A DNA stretch of 51,525 bases, counting the filler, from Jimgerdemannia flammicorona (lineage: Eukaryota), in the NCBI GenBank assembly GCA_003990765.1. It is 2 parts of 2 records of this genome, joined end to end, with 100 filler letters (N's around TTAATTAATTAA, not from the genome) between each part and the next. Parts side by side here need not be neighbours in the genome. Positions count along the whole stretch, not along the records: positions 25,819 to 51,525 come from RBNJ01000801.1; 1 more part is not named here. The stretch is one strand, 5' to 3'. Under the pieces are notes generated by a model. That model was not told the origin of the DNA. It worked only from the letters and a program-made list of their open reading frames with translations, and did no database searches. Below, in pieces: positions 38,901-50,790 of the stretch. Every line of letters starts with the position of its first letter. Within the stretch, counting starts at the first letter, position 1. Both the position numbers and the translations under genes were made by a program.

Positions 38901-39537
38901 AGAGCTTGGGTAGAGACCTGTGGCCCGAAGCTTGGCAGAGGGTTGGAATTAGTAAGAAGTGGGATTGGAATGGACTGTGGCTTTGGAGCAAGCAGGTGAG
39001 ACAGTGGCTGCCCCCCAAGTTCTGGGTGGTGTGGTGGTGAATCCTATAGTGGAATGTGATATTGAACTATCAGTCTGGGCACTTGGTAGACAGTGGAGTA
39101 TTCGAGTGTGAGGAATGTTTCAATGTTGGTCAGGAGGAAGGAGTGGTACAAACGTCTGAACATTGGCTTGGCAAGTGCAAGGTCTTGGAGGAGTTTTGGA
39201 GATATATCATGGACCAGTTAGGGCTGTGTGCCTTGGAGGGAGGGGAAGGGGGGAGATGGGGAGAGCTCCACCAGAGACTGGGGGGTGGGGTTGGAGAAGA
39301 ATGGCTGACCCTTGGTTGGGCTCTGGCCATGTAAGTTGGGTTGGTGGGGCATTGGATTCATGTATTTGAGGAGGGATAGTGGGTTGAGGTTGGGGACAAG
39401 GTGGCATATTGGGAATGGCTTTTGTTGGACATTTTGAATAGCTGGTAGTGAGGGTGGGGGCTAGGAGGGGGGAATTGTAGGGGTTTGATATAGTGTATCT
39501 CCTGGAAGAGTGGTGGGAGGATTCAGGTAGTGGGTGA
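35951..39537 (+). pseudogene. LINE-b ORF2 (APE endonuclease, RT, C-terminal CCHC)
   Basis: FSLNIN..LQD, GGDFN, SDH, FLDQEKAYDRV, GDPLS, FADD, YLGI, GGLGL and CEEC...H...C. Confidence 0.92.
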
Positions 39538-41051
39538 TTGGGTTGTGTTCAGGTAGTGGGAGGTTGAGGAGAGAGGGTTGGGTCCATGGGGCATTGGTTG
39601 AGGATTTGGGGTGTCATTATATTGTTAGATTTATAGATGGCAGTAATAAAGGACAGTCTAAGGAACTATAAAAAAAAATAAAAAAAAAATAAAAAAAAGA
39701 TAGAAGATAAAGGTACTATTTTAATAGAAGAGTTGTCAGTATTTGCAGATAATAAGTTTCTAGTATTGAGATATTTTAATAATATCTATATTATAGTAGT
39801 AGTTAACCATATCTTCCAGGAGGCAGCTAATTTAGTAGTAGCTTGAGATTTGTCTGATTCAGTAGATCTCATAAAGTATGTTTAGGATATTTTAATGAAC
39901 TTTTATGAAATAGAGGAGTGTCAGACTATAGATATTTATGAGAAACAGAGGAGCTATGGCTCAGTTGACAATGGTATTTCAAATGTTGGTACAGATGTTA
40001 TTATAGTCTTAGATAGTGATATCTGAGTAAGAGTTTGAGAGTTGTGATGGTGGTTTTCATTTATTATGATTTTTTGTTTTAATATACCATATATTCGGTA
40101 TATATGCTTTTAGTGCTAATTAGTAAGATTCCATTTTTATATATCATGTATTTTGTAACTTTAAGTTGACTTGTCTTTTTAATCTGTGACTTTGGTTTAA
40201 CTAAGCTTCATAATCTTATATGTAATTTCTAGATTTGTTCTAAGAGTGATATATATGTAATTTCAGTAGCTTAGAGATTGTGTGCATATATATATAAAGT
40301 ATGGTGAAATATAATATATATAAGAAAAAAATAGTTCAGTAAAATACTATTATTGATAGTAGCATTAAGAAGCTAAGATAAGTGATAAATCTGATATTAT
40401 CTTGAAGACTTCTTTTTTATAATAGAACTAAGTAGCAATGTCTGAAAATTTACAAAAAAAGGATAAAAAAAGGGGTCAGTAACTCTACTAGTTACAACTT
40501 TAGCAGAGATATCACTGATGATAGTCTGAGAAAACTTATAGACAAAGTGAAGCCTATAGTAAGTCTGAGAGCATCAGAGACCAATATAGCCAATCTAGAC
40601 CTCATGTTGTAGAGAACAGAGAACAGTTACTAGGAGATATGGGTTGAGAAACTTACAGAAAGCAAAGACCCAGACATTAGTATAGAGCAGAAAATATAAT
40701 GGAGAGAAGATTTTCAAATATTCTAAATAGATGAGTATGAGCCAGAAAGTAGAAAGAATAAGGAGATATTAGACAGTTAAGAAGGAAGAGGGATAGAGAA
40801 GAAAACTATTATAACAGTGACCTCAAAATGATGACATCAGTGCAGGAGATAGTCTTTCCTCTCAAGCCACCAGATCAGAGCACAAGAAGATCATATGGTA
40901 TATGAGATGAGTAATGATGACCAACTGTGAGTCATTGTGACCACAGTATAAGCATTCTGAAGAATATAAAAGAAAGATCAAGGAATCACAGTAGCAGCAA
41001 CCAATAAGAACCACCAATCCCAAAATAGCTCAAAGACTTATTACAAATGAA

Positions 41052-41840
41052 ATGTCTACTGCCTGCCAAACCTCAAGGTCAAGGAATCACCAAGATATCT
41101 CAGTTGAGGAAAGGATGTTCCAAGACATCTGAAGAGCTATGAGGACCCACTCAAGAAGGACTCCTAGTGTTAACCTGGGTACTGCAGATCTCTATCACTT
41201 TATCCTCTATTACTATGAAATGGAAACAAGGATCACTATTGCTACTGAATATCTCCAAATGTGGCAGGAGTACGAAATAGGAAACCTCCTCTGCTGGGAG
41301 TTCTCATAGGCCAGCCCTCAAGAGCTACAAGATGCCACTCCCATGGATATACATGAGATAAGAACAGCTAAGAAGATCCATCAGATCTTCAGGCATACAC
41401 TATGGTCAATCCCTAACTTGGAGTATATTAGAGTCTCAGACTTCAGAGACCTGTCATCCTACCATATCAATGTGCTAGAAGCCAGAGTGGCTACAGAAGC
41501 CCAGTCCACTATCACCCTCAATAGTGATGAAGTAGAAGACTTCTGGCATCCCATCCTTCAGGACAACCCAGACCAATTCCTGCAAGGATTGATCTCAGTA
41601 TTCCAAGGCCCAAGCATCCAGATTAGACCTCCCCAAGACCCCACATTTGTTCCTTATTTTGTGGAAGAGAACCTCATAGATTGGAGAGCCCCTGATTTCC
41701 CCACTAAATGTGATGATATTATTGGCGATGATGTCATCCCACATGATATCAAAGCATGTGAAAACAATGAATTTGCAGATCTCATCACCTTCAGTGATGA
41801 TGATGATGAAGCCCCCATGATCCTGAACTTTCTGCTCTAA
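41052..41840 (+). pseudogene. ORF3 copy inside the element C 5' LTR (2 stops)
   Basis: Same 789-nt frame as 46352-47140, with stops at 41130 and 41307. Confidence 0.85.
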
Positions 41841-41850
41841 GTTCTTTGTT

Positions 41851-41980
41851 ATACTGAATAATGCCAGCACTGATATTTTGATGTAACACTGGATAATGCC
41901 AGTACTGGCATTCTGAGGTGATGCAAAATTGTTCCAACACTGGTATTCTGATGTGACACTGAATTATACCAGCATCCTGA
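41851..41980 (+). repeat. ~3.5 x 35-bp tandem repeat in LTR C (also 47151-47280)
   Basis: A(T/C)ACTG(A/G)ATAATGCCAG.ACTG..ATT.TGA.GT. units. Confidence 0.75.
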
Positions 41981-42639
41981 ACCTGTCCAACAATCAGTGC
42001 CGACCCTAGAACTTAGTAGTTTTAGTTATTGAAATTTATATTTAGCTTTATATCTTAGCAACCATTAAATTATATTTTATATAAATACCTCTCTTATTTC
42101 CTCTGAAATAAAGTCAGTTCTATCTGGTTCACTTACATACTTCCTTGCAAGCAATCTAAGAAATAACAAGACAGTTTAAAGATAAGAAGTTTGAGGACTA
42201 TAAGACCTTAGAAAGGCACTCCAATAAGAACTTGCTTATAACAAACTTGAGTTAGTCTAAGAGATACACCTTGAAGAGAATCTGGCATATTTGAAGGACT
42301 CAGCAACCACTATGTGACAACTTGGTGCCCATTGGCTGGTGATTCAAGACAAATCCCTCACTTTCAAGCTGAAAAACGAACAACCCCCACAACAACTACC
42401 CTGACTACAAGAGTCACCCCTGCAAGAATTCAAGACAAGATGGAAATGTGTCCCCCCACATTCTATGGATATACTACCAAAGAGTCAATCCTGACCTTCA
42501 TTGAAGACTTTGAACAATTCACCACCATATGAGCCCTTGGTGTAGATGCTCAATTAGTCCTTCTACCAGTCAGTCTTAGAGGACCTGCCAGAGACAAAGG
42601 CTGACAGTGACAATGAGGAGGAACAAGAATCAGACATCA

Positions 42640-43055
42640 CCCCCAAGGTCAAGAAGTTTCACACCAAAGCCAAGATCTCAGAATACAAGACTGAAGGAGC
42701 CATAGGAATGGACCTTGCCAGTATTCAAGATACTACCCTCAAACCACAGACCACCACTCTACTTGGTACTGGAATTGGATTCAAGCTGCCAGAGAACCAT
42801 GCCAGAATTATCAAGACCAGGAGCAGTCTGGCCAAAAGTAAAATCTCAGTTGAAGGACGAGTAATTGACCCTAATTATACTGGCGAGATCTTCCTTATAG
42901 TCAGGAATCACAACCCCACCACCCTATTTGAAGTCAAGAAGCATTACAGGATTGGTCAGATGCTGATCTATGAAATCAAGAAGCCCAAGATCATGGAAGC
43001 CATTGAACTCATCAAGACCAAGAGAGGAGAACAAGGCTTTGGATCTACTGGAAGA
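42640..43055 (+). pseudogene. dut: Element C dUTPase
   Basis: AIGMDL, RSSLA, VIDPNYTGEI, RIGQML and RGEQGFGSTG. Confidence 0.93.
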
Positions 43056-43199
43056 GGAGCCTATACTGCCACCAAGATCACCAAACTTGAGCACAAGAAA
43101 GACAAGGACCAGAACAAGCACACATATACTATTGGAGAAAACTTTCCCCTAGAGGAACAACTTCTCAAGATCTTGTATCAGAATGAAGGAGTACTTGCT

Positions 43200-45780
43200 A
43201 TAGACTTCTGAGATATCCACAATCAAGAACCCAAGTACTACTATGAAGTTGACACTGGTGATATCAAGCCCATCTACCAGAAAGCCAGATCCATACCATC
43301 TGCCTATAGAGAATGGCTGTAAGCAGAACTCAAGGAAATGGAAGAAGCTGGAATCATCAAGGAAGCTATCAGCCCGTGGGCCTCACCTATTATTCTTGCC
43401 CCAAAGAAAGGAAGCAAGCCTGGAGAGTTTGCACCAACACTCTGCATTGACTACAGGAAGCTCAATGCCATCATCAAGAAGGATAGGCAGCCCTTGCCAA
43501 ATTTTCAAGAAATCCTTACCACTCTTGGAAGCAAAGCCAAATACTACACCACCTTGGATCTGTTCTCAGGCTTCCATCAGATTGGTCTCACTCAAGATGC
43601 CAGTGAGAAATCAGCCTTCATCACACCTGACACCACATATATCTATCTGCAAATACCATTTGAAATGTACAATGCCCTAGCAAGTTTCCAGTGAATGATG
43701 AACAGAGTCTTTAGCAACAAGATTGGAAAATGGCCTTTGTCTATGTTGATGATGTAATCATCTTCAGCAACACTGCACAGGAACATATCAATTACATACA
43801 GCTAGCCCTCAAGAAGCTCAAAGAGCATGGCCTCTCATCAAGCCTAAGAAATACAAGTTTGCAGCCCTGGAAATCGCCTACCTAGGACACCTCATCAACC
43901 AGACTGGAATCCACACAGACCCCATGAAGATTGAGGCTGTTGCAGCCTACCCAAGACCCAGAAAAACCACAGAAGTCCATGCCTTCCTTGGACTGGCCAG
44001 CTACAACAGAAGGTTCATCAAAGGATACTCCAATATTGCAGCACCCATCTATGAGCTACTGAAGAAGGAAACCAAATTTGAATGGATCAAGAAGTACCAA
44101 GAAACCTTCAATGAACTCAAGACCAGGTTGACCCAAGTACCTATCCTCAGAAGGCCAGATTGGAACCTAGAATTCATCCTGCAGACAGATGCAAGTGCTA
44201 TAGAACTTGGAGCAGTCCTAGCTCCAAAGAAAGATGGACATGAATATATCATCTCCTATGAAAGCCAAGGTACCTATGGAGCAGAACAGAACTATAAGTC
44301 ATGCAAGCTCAAATGCTTAGTAGTAGTCTGGGCAGTAGACAAGTTCCACTACTATCTAGCCAGGAAACACTTCACCATTCAAACAGACCACTCTGCTCTT
44401 GCCTGGCTATTCCACACTCTGAACCCCAAAGGAATATATGCCCTATGGATCTACAGATTATAAGAGTATAACTCTACTATCAAGCACCACTTAGGAAAGA
44501 CCAATACCAATTCAAGAACACCCCAAAACACCCCTATCAAGACTATTCAACATGAATAAGGAGCTATACTATAGATTAATCAGCTACCTTGGGCAGCAGA
44601 AGATGCCCAACCACCTCGAACTTGGACAATCACCATCATTAACTGAACTTGGAAACAGTTTGAATTAGACAACACTACACTCAGAAAAGGAGGAAAGCTA
44701 GTAATACCTGAATATAAGAAGTATTAAGTAATGAAGGAAGTATACAAGCAAGGACACTTAGGAGGAACCAATACATATGACAAAGCAAGAAGAACTATGT
44801 GGTGGCCCAAGATGGAAGAAGACCTGCACCAATTTGTCAAAGAGTATGATAAGTGCCAAAAACAGAAATAAGATCAGTAAGACCAGGCACCTGGGTCATC
44901 AAGAATTGAGTCTATCCCCTTCCACCACATTGCAATGGATATCATTGGGCCACTACCAGTAACAATATCAGAAAACCACTATATTATAGTTATTGTAGAC
45001 CTCTTTACCAAATGGATAGAGGCAGGAGTATTACAAGAAGCCAATGCCCTCTCTATAGCTGACTTCCTGCACCAAGAAATCATTTGCCACTACAAGACCC
45101 TGAAGCAAATCACAACAGACCATGGCATGGAATTTGTCAATGGATTCTACGAGATAATGTATCAGAAATACAAAATCCAGCACATCAAGACCACCACATA
45201 CCACCCTCAAGGAAATAGACAGATAGAGAGAACCAACAAGACTCTCAAGAACATCCTAGCAAAGATCTCAGAAATATATGTGAATTGGGATAACTATCTC
45301 CCAACTGCCCTCGCTGTCCTATGAGATATATGGTCACAGAGCACACACTTTACCCCAAGAGAGCTGCTCTTCATAGAAGAAGATTCTGATGAAACCTCAG
45401 CCACAAATCTAGACCTAACCTGGAGATGGGTTGATGCAGAAATCCAGAGACTACACCCAATCAGGAAGAAGGCTGATGATTACATCACTAAGTCACAAGT
45501 GCTGATAAGGAAGAATGTGGAAAAGAATCACAAGGCCCTAGAACCCATCCGAATTGGAGAAAGGTTCTACTTTATCGAAATATGGTAGAAGTCTCATGGT
45601 CATAAAAACTGGAGCCCAATTGAGAAGGACCCTTCTACATGCAAGATATCAAGGAAATCATCTTCTGGCTTAGAAAAATCTCAGAGACTATACTGCCCAC
45701 TACGGTACATAGGAATAGACTTAAGAAGTACTACAAACCTATACAAGAGAAGCAAAACATGATAACTCCCATGAGGTTCT
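43200..45780 (+). pseudogene. pol: Element C RT-RNase H-integrase
   Basis: SPWASP, IDYRKLN, YVDD (43742), LQTDAS, MDIIGP, TTDHGMEF and QIERTN. The integrase is closely similar to that of element B. Confidence 0.95.
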
Positions 45781-46109
45781 AGTCTGCAAATCATAACAGC
45801 ATGTCCCATGACCAGTAGGTTATCTGTCTGGACTATTCTCTAAGGGATACAGCACTGACAACTACTCATTCATGAGACTTTGGAAGTCAGAGGAATTTGA
45901 ACCATCAACTGATTGGTCAAGATCAGAATCAGGCCCTTACTCTATATGAAGAGAGTGACCCTTCACCATCATGCCAAAATACAAAGAGAAGATTCCAGTT
46001 CATAAACACCACTTTTCAACTCCTTACCAGAGGTTATGGGATCAGCAAATTTTTCAGGACTGGATCAATGAATAAGGATGCTCAAGAAGATCCTTATTCA
46101 GGAGGAAGA

Positions 46110-47618
46110 TGTAACAGTGATCTCAGAATGATGACATCAGTACAGGAGACAGCCTTTTCTCACAAGCCACCAGATCAGAGAACAAGGAGATCATACTGCA
46201 TATGAGATGAGCAATGATGACCAACAGTGAGTCATTGTGACCACAGTACAAGCATCCTGAAGAATATAAAAGAAAGATCAAGGAACTGCAGTACTAGCAA
46301 CCAATAAGAACCACCAATCCCAAAATAGCTCAAAGACTTACTACAAATAAAATGCCTGCTGTCCACCAAACCTCAAGGTCAAGAAATCACCAAGGCATCT
46401 CAGTTGAGGAAAGGATATTCCAAGACATCAGAAGAGCTATGAAGACCCACTCAAGAAAGACTCCTAGTGTCAACCTGGGTACTGCAGATCTCTATTACTT
46501 TATCCTCTACCACTGTGAAATGGAAACAAGGATCACCATTGCTACCAAATGCCTCCAAATATGGCAGGAGTATGAAATAGGAAACCTCCTCTGCCAGGAG
46601 TTCCCACAGGCCAGCCCTCAAGAGCTACAAGATGCCACTCCCATAGATATATGCAAGATAAGAACAGCTAAGAAGATCCATCAGATCTTCAGACATGCAC
46701 CATGGTCAATCCCCAACTTGGAGTATATTAGAGTTTCAGACTTCAGAGACCTATCATCCCACCATATCAATGCACTAGAAGCCAGGGTGGCTACAGAAGC
46801 CCAGTCCACTATCACCCTCAATAGTGATGAAGTAGAAGACTTCTGGCATCCCATCCTTCAGGACAACTCAGACCAATTTCTGCAAGAATTGATCTCAGTA
46901 TTCCAAGGCCCAAGCATCCAGGTTAGACCTCTCCAAGACCCCACATTTGTTCCTTATTTTGTGGAAGAGAACCTCATAGATTGGAGAGCCCCCAATTTCC
47001 CTGCCAAATGTGATGATGTCATCAGTGATAACATCATTCCACATGATATCGAAGTATGTGAAAATGATGAATTCGAGGATCTCATCTCCTTCAGTAATGA
47101 TGATGATGAAGCTCCCATGATTCTGAACTTTCTGCTTTAAGTTCTTTGTTATACTGAATAATGCCAGTACCAGTATTTTGATGTAATACTGAATAATGCC
47201 AGCACTGGCATTCTGAGATGATACAAAATTGTTCCAGCACCAGTATTCTGATGTGAAACTAAATTATACCAGCATCCTGAACCTGTACAACCATCAGTGC
47301 CAACCCTGGAACTTAGTAGTTTTAGTTATTAGAATTTATATTTAGCTTTATATCTTAGCAACTATTAAATTATATTTTGTATAAATACCCCTCTTATTTC
47401 CTCTGAAATAAAGTTAGTTCTACTGGTTTACTTATACACTTCCTTGTAAGCAATCTAAGAGATAACAAGACAGTTTAAAGATAAGAATTTTGAGGACTAT
47501 AAGACCTTGGGAAGGCACTCCAATAAGAACTTGCTTATAACAAACTTGAGTTAGTCTAAGAGATATACCTTGAAGAGAATCTAGTATATTTGAAGAACTC
47601 AGCGACCACTACATAACA
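46110..47618 (+). repeat. Element C 3' LTR (1509 bp)
   Basis: TGTAACA...ATAACA, followed by CTAT. Confidence 0.95.
46352..47140 (+). CDS. ORF3 inside the element C 3' LTR, intact, 262 aa, unknown function
   Basis: Open ATG-to-stop frame upstream of the LTR TATA box (47380); core WQEYEIGNLL...IRTAKKIHQIF and an acidic C-terminus. Confidence 0.82.
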   Translation: MPAVHQTSRSRNHQGISVEERIFQDIRRAMKTHSRKTPSVNLGTADLYYFILYHCEMETRITIATKCLQIWQEYEIGNLLCQEFPQASPQELQDATPIDICKIRTAKKIHQIFRHAPWSIPNLEYIRVSDFRDLSSHHINALEARVATEAQSTITLNSDEVEDFWHPILQDNSDQFLQELISVFQGPSIQVRPLQDPTFVPYFVEENLIDWRAPNFPAKCDDVISDNIIPHDIEVCENDEFEDLISFSNDDDEAPMILNFLL

Positions 47619-48971
47619 CTATATATAAAACTGAAGAAGAAATAATCAACCCCTCTGCTGAATCCTATAAAGAATAAGTAAAAGCCCTATAGTCTTAAGA
47701 ACAATATGAGAAATAATATACAAAATAACAAGAATTATATATATAATCTTTAATAGTCTAATCAATAGCTCTATTATAAGTGATATAATAATATACTCTG
47801 CAGACATTCTTTAGTAGTAGAGATGATATGGTAGGAGGCCAAGAGCATTCTATCAGTTGGATGAGTTTAGTAAAGAGTGAGACATATTAATAAAGAAGAG
47901 AAAAAAGATATAGCGATATGAGCTCTCTTTAATATATAGCTCAGACTATATAATCAGATTAAGAGAGAGAAGTAGTAATATAATATATATGAAATTTAAG
48001 ATAATAGTTAAGAAGTGCCTTCTATATATTGAAAGTTCAAATTTAATCAGATGAGATTATTTATATATTAGAAGAATGCAGAGAGATCAGTAAGATCTAG
48101 GAAGATATTATAGAGTATACTAAAGTATAGTTATAATAGTTATAGTAGTATTAGCAAATTAGGAAAATCTCTAACTATAGCTATCTCACAAGAATGTAAA
48201 ATATGCAATAATATAATAGGATCAATCTCTTCAATGAAATATAGATTGTGGGAAATGATGATGAAGAGGGATCAAAGGATCTATATACTTGCCCAAGTTA
48301 TATATATGAAAAGAATATAAAAGATCATAGGGATTCTAATAGGATTAATGTTCAAATACTTAGCAAGTAAACTGAAGTTATATATTATAGATAGAAAGCA
48401 AATATCTATCTGAAAGTATAGATACTTATAGAAATAAAGTCATTATTGTAAGTTATCTATTTGTCTATCATAGAGATAAAGTTATTGTCAGAAAGGTAAA
48501 CTGGTTGATATATATGTATTATAGAAGCCTGAAAAGGAGACCAAAGATATGGCTAACCAGTAGACAGAGACTAATCTCTGGTCAAAATAGAGTAAAGATC
48601 CTAAATTAGGTCTAGAGTTCAATATATACATAGATAATGTATTTAGATTATCTATTGAGTAGGGTTTATGGTATATAGAACTCTGAAAACAGTATTGTAA
48701 AGATAGCTATAGCTGAAACTAGTAGAAGTATAATATCTGAGTGGGTGGAGATAATGTAAATATATTGTGACATACACAATTGACAATGGAGTACTGGTGA
48801 CTGCTAAGGTCAGACGACATAATGGCGTGACAATCGAATAGACAGTCTGACCCATTAGGTGATCATCCCAAAGAAGACAAGATGATCTGAGCCAAAATGA
48901 AGACCACATTATTTAAGGAACCATACCCCATCTCAGGGATCGGCACCAAAGAACCAAGTACCCACTACACA

Positions 48972-49961
48972 ATGCCTCCCACTCGCCGAACCAACCAGAC
49001 CTCCCGCCGCTCTACCCCTCTGCCTGGCCCAAAGACCCTGATCTTTGAAGCTATCAAGAAGGCCATCTGGTGCCCAGATACTTCCGAACACTTGAACTTC
49101 TACACCGAGGACCTTGGATACTTCATCAACTACCGGTATATAATGACCCAACAGCTCAAAGATACTACTGAATGAATGACCCTCTGGCATGACTACGAAA
49201 TCGGACACTGCCTTCGCCAGGAGACTCAAGAAGACGACCGAGAAGACCTCATTACCGAAATGTTAACCACCAGCTGGCTAATCAAGAGAGCCCTCTGTGT
49301 CCACCAAATCTTCCACCATATTCCCTGGGCTATAGCACACTTACAAGGGGTGACTGCCAGCAGCCTCTCCTGCCTTTCAACTGAAGATGCTGACTGGATA
49401 GAATCTGAAGTAGCCAACTCTATTGGCAGCAACTGCGTTGCTGTAGGAAGTCAATAAACCGAACCTACTCAGCCAGGTTTCCACACCACCCCACTCTAAG
49501 ACAACCATCAAGGTCATCTAATGAGTCTTATGGAGATATTTGAAGGACCGCCCATTACCATAGAAGCACCCATTGGAGCTACCCCAACCACCCACCACCC
49601 TGTCAGCCACAATTCACATCTCATCATTTGGGAACCAAATCTAGAAGAAGCCCAAGAGGTCCCCATCTTTAAAGAGGAAGCCCAAGAACTCCAAGACCCC
49701 GCCCCTGAAGAAACCCCCTCTGATACTGAAACTAACGAGGCTCCAGAAGAAGAAGAGGAACAACAGAGAGTCTACCAGTCCTCTGTCTGCATTCAAGCTG
49801 TTCAAGGGTTGGAGAATGTTGTTGAAGATGACTGGTCACTTTTCTACCCCCTCACCTCTTGGCTGGCACTCCCCCCCTTTGAGGAGAGATATGATGAAGA
49901 AGAAATCGCAACCCAGCAAGATTTGCCCACCATGGACAAAGGGTACTACTATTCCCCCTAG
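48972..49961 (+). pseudogene. ORF3 homolog inside LTR D (329 codons, 3 in-frame stops)
   Basis: Aligns to 46352-47140: IFEAIKKA/IFQDIRRA, TEDLGYFINY/TADLYYFILY, WHDYEIG/WQEYEIG, VHQIFHHIPWAI/IHQIFRHAPWSI, IFEGPPI/VFQGPSI. Confidence 0.85.
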
Positions 49962-49999
49962 AAGTACCACCCGTCAGCCATGAGAATTGTGCAGCCTTC

Positions 50000-50262
50000 A
50001 TATCAGCAAGTCAGCAAGTCCGAATCCAGCATTGCTATCCAGTGCCACTGTTTTCAGCATTTTAGTCAGCAAGTCCATTTTCAGTGCTGCCACCCTCCAC
50101 AACCATTTCTGGCAACAATTATCATAGCAAGTCAGCAAGTCCGAATCCAGTGTTACCACCCACAACATCCATATCCAGCACTAGCACCCATCTTATCCAT
50201 ATTTGATGCAAACAATTGTCACACCCATTTTCAGCATTGCTATCCCCTACAACCCAATCCAT
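50000..50262 (+). repeat. Degenerate repeats (AGTCAGCAAGTCC, CATTTTCAG) in U3 of LTR D
   Basis: Three AGTCAGCAAGTCC copies plus related units. Confidence 0.65.
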
Positions 50263-50611
50263 AGTAAACAATAGCCTGCACCTCGCATCGTGCAAGCCAA
50301 TAGCATAACAGACGCTGCAACATAGTATACCTTAGCCTTAGTCGTTCCCCCCTCCCCCATAGCTAGCAAACTTGTATAAATAACCCATATTCTTAGAGTA
50401 AATAAACCTCAGTCAGTCAGCTTGTGTTTAAAAGTAAAAAGGATTACTAAGAAACCTCACTGCCTCTAAGAGACCAGATAAATTCTGAGAACAAGATAAC
50501 AACCTAGAGCAATGGATCGCTCAGAAGTTTGAGTTAAAGAATTTTCTCTTGCCATGGAAAGAAAACGTTCAAGATCCGCCACTAAGGAAAGCTGCACTAG
50601 ACTGCCGAAAA

Positions 50612-50790
50612 CCGACTGCTGCCATTCGAGACCCGGAAACCCAAGGATTCAAGACCAGAGCGCCATTCGGACCGCCATTCAGACCGCCATTCGAGACCCG
50701 AGACCCAGCCAAGGATTCAAGACTATGACCGCCACGCATTCGGACCGCGCATTCGACTGCCATTCGAGATTCAAGACCCAGAAAACCAAG
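50612..50790 (+). repeat. Short GACCGCCATTC / CCAAGGATTCAAGAC repeats downstream of the poly(A) signal in LTR D
   Basis: Multiple ~12-bp units read directly from the sequence. Confidence 0.7.

Larger units (their letters stand above)
33924..39699 (+). mobile_element. L1/Tx1-like LINE-b, full length, decayed
   Basis: ORF1, ORF2 (EN-RT-CCHC), AATAAA at 39645 and an A-rich tail at 39670-39698. A degenerate 15-bp TSD (ATAGAAGAAAAAGAT 33909-33923 / ATAGAAGATAAAGGT 39700-39714) matches at 13 of 15 positions. Confidence 0.93.
40810..42319 (+). repeat. Element C 5' LTR (1510 bp)
   Basis: Direct repeat of 46110-47618; TATAACA (decayed TGTAACA)...GTGACA. Confidence 0.95.
40810..47618 (+). mobile_element. 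Element C: dUTPase-bearing Ty3/Gypsy with ORF-containing LTRs; most of gag and all of protease missing
   Basis: Paired ~1.51-kb LTRs, TSD CTAT (40806-40809 and 47619-47622), PBS-like TGGTGCCCATTGG at 42323 and PPT CAGGAGGAAGA. Confidence 0.95.

Noticed and set aside
42320..42340. Assigning a specific tRNA to the element C PBS
   Set aside because: The TGG start is clear, but CpG decay leaves several tRNAs possible. The host tRNA set is needed.
47623..48765. Possible LINE remnant (CKIC; VDIYVL; VNI) continuing from 40440-40805
   Set aside because: The motifs are too decayed to support a feature call.
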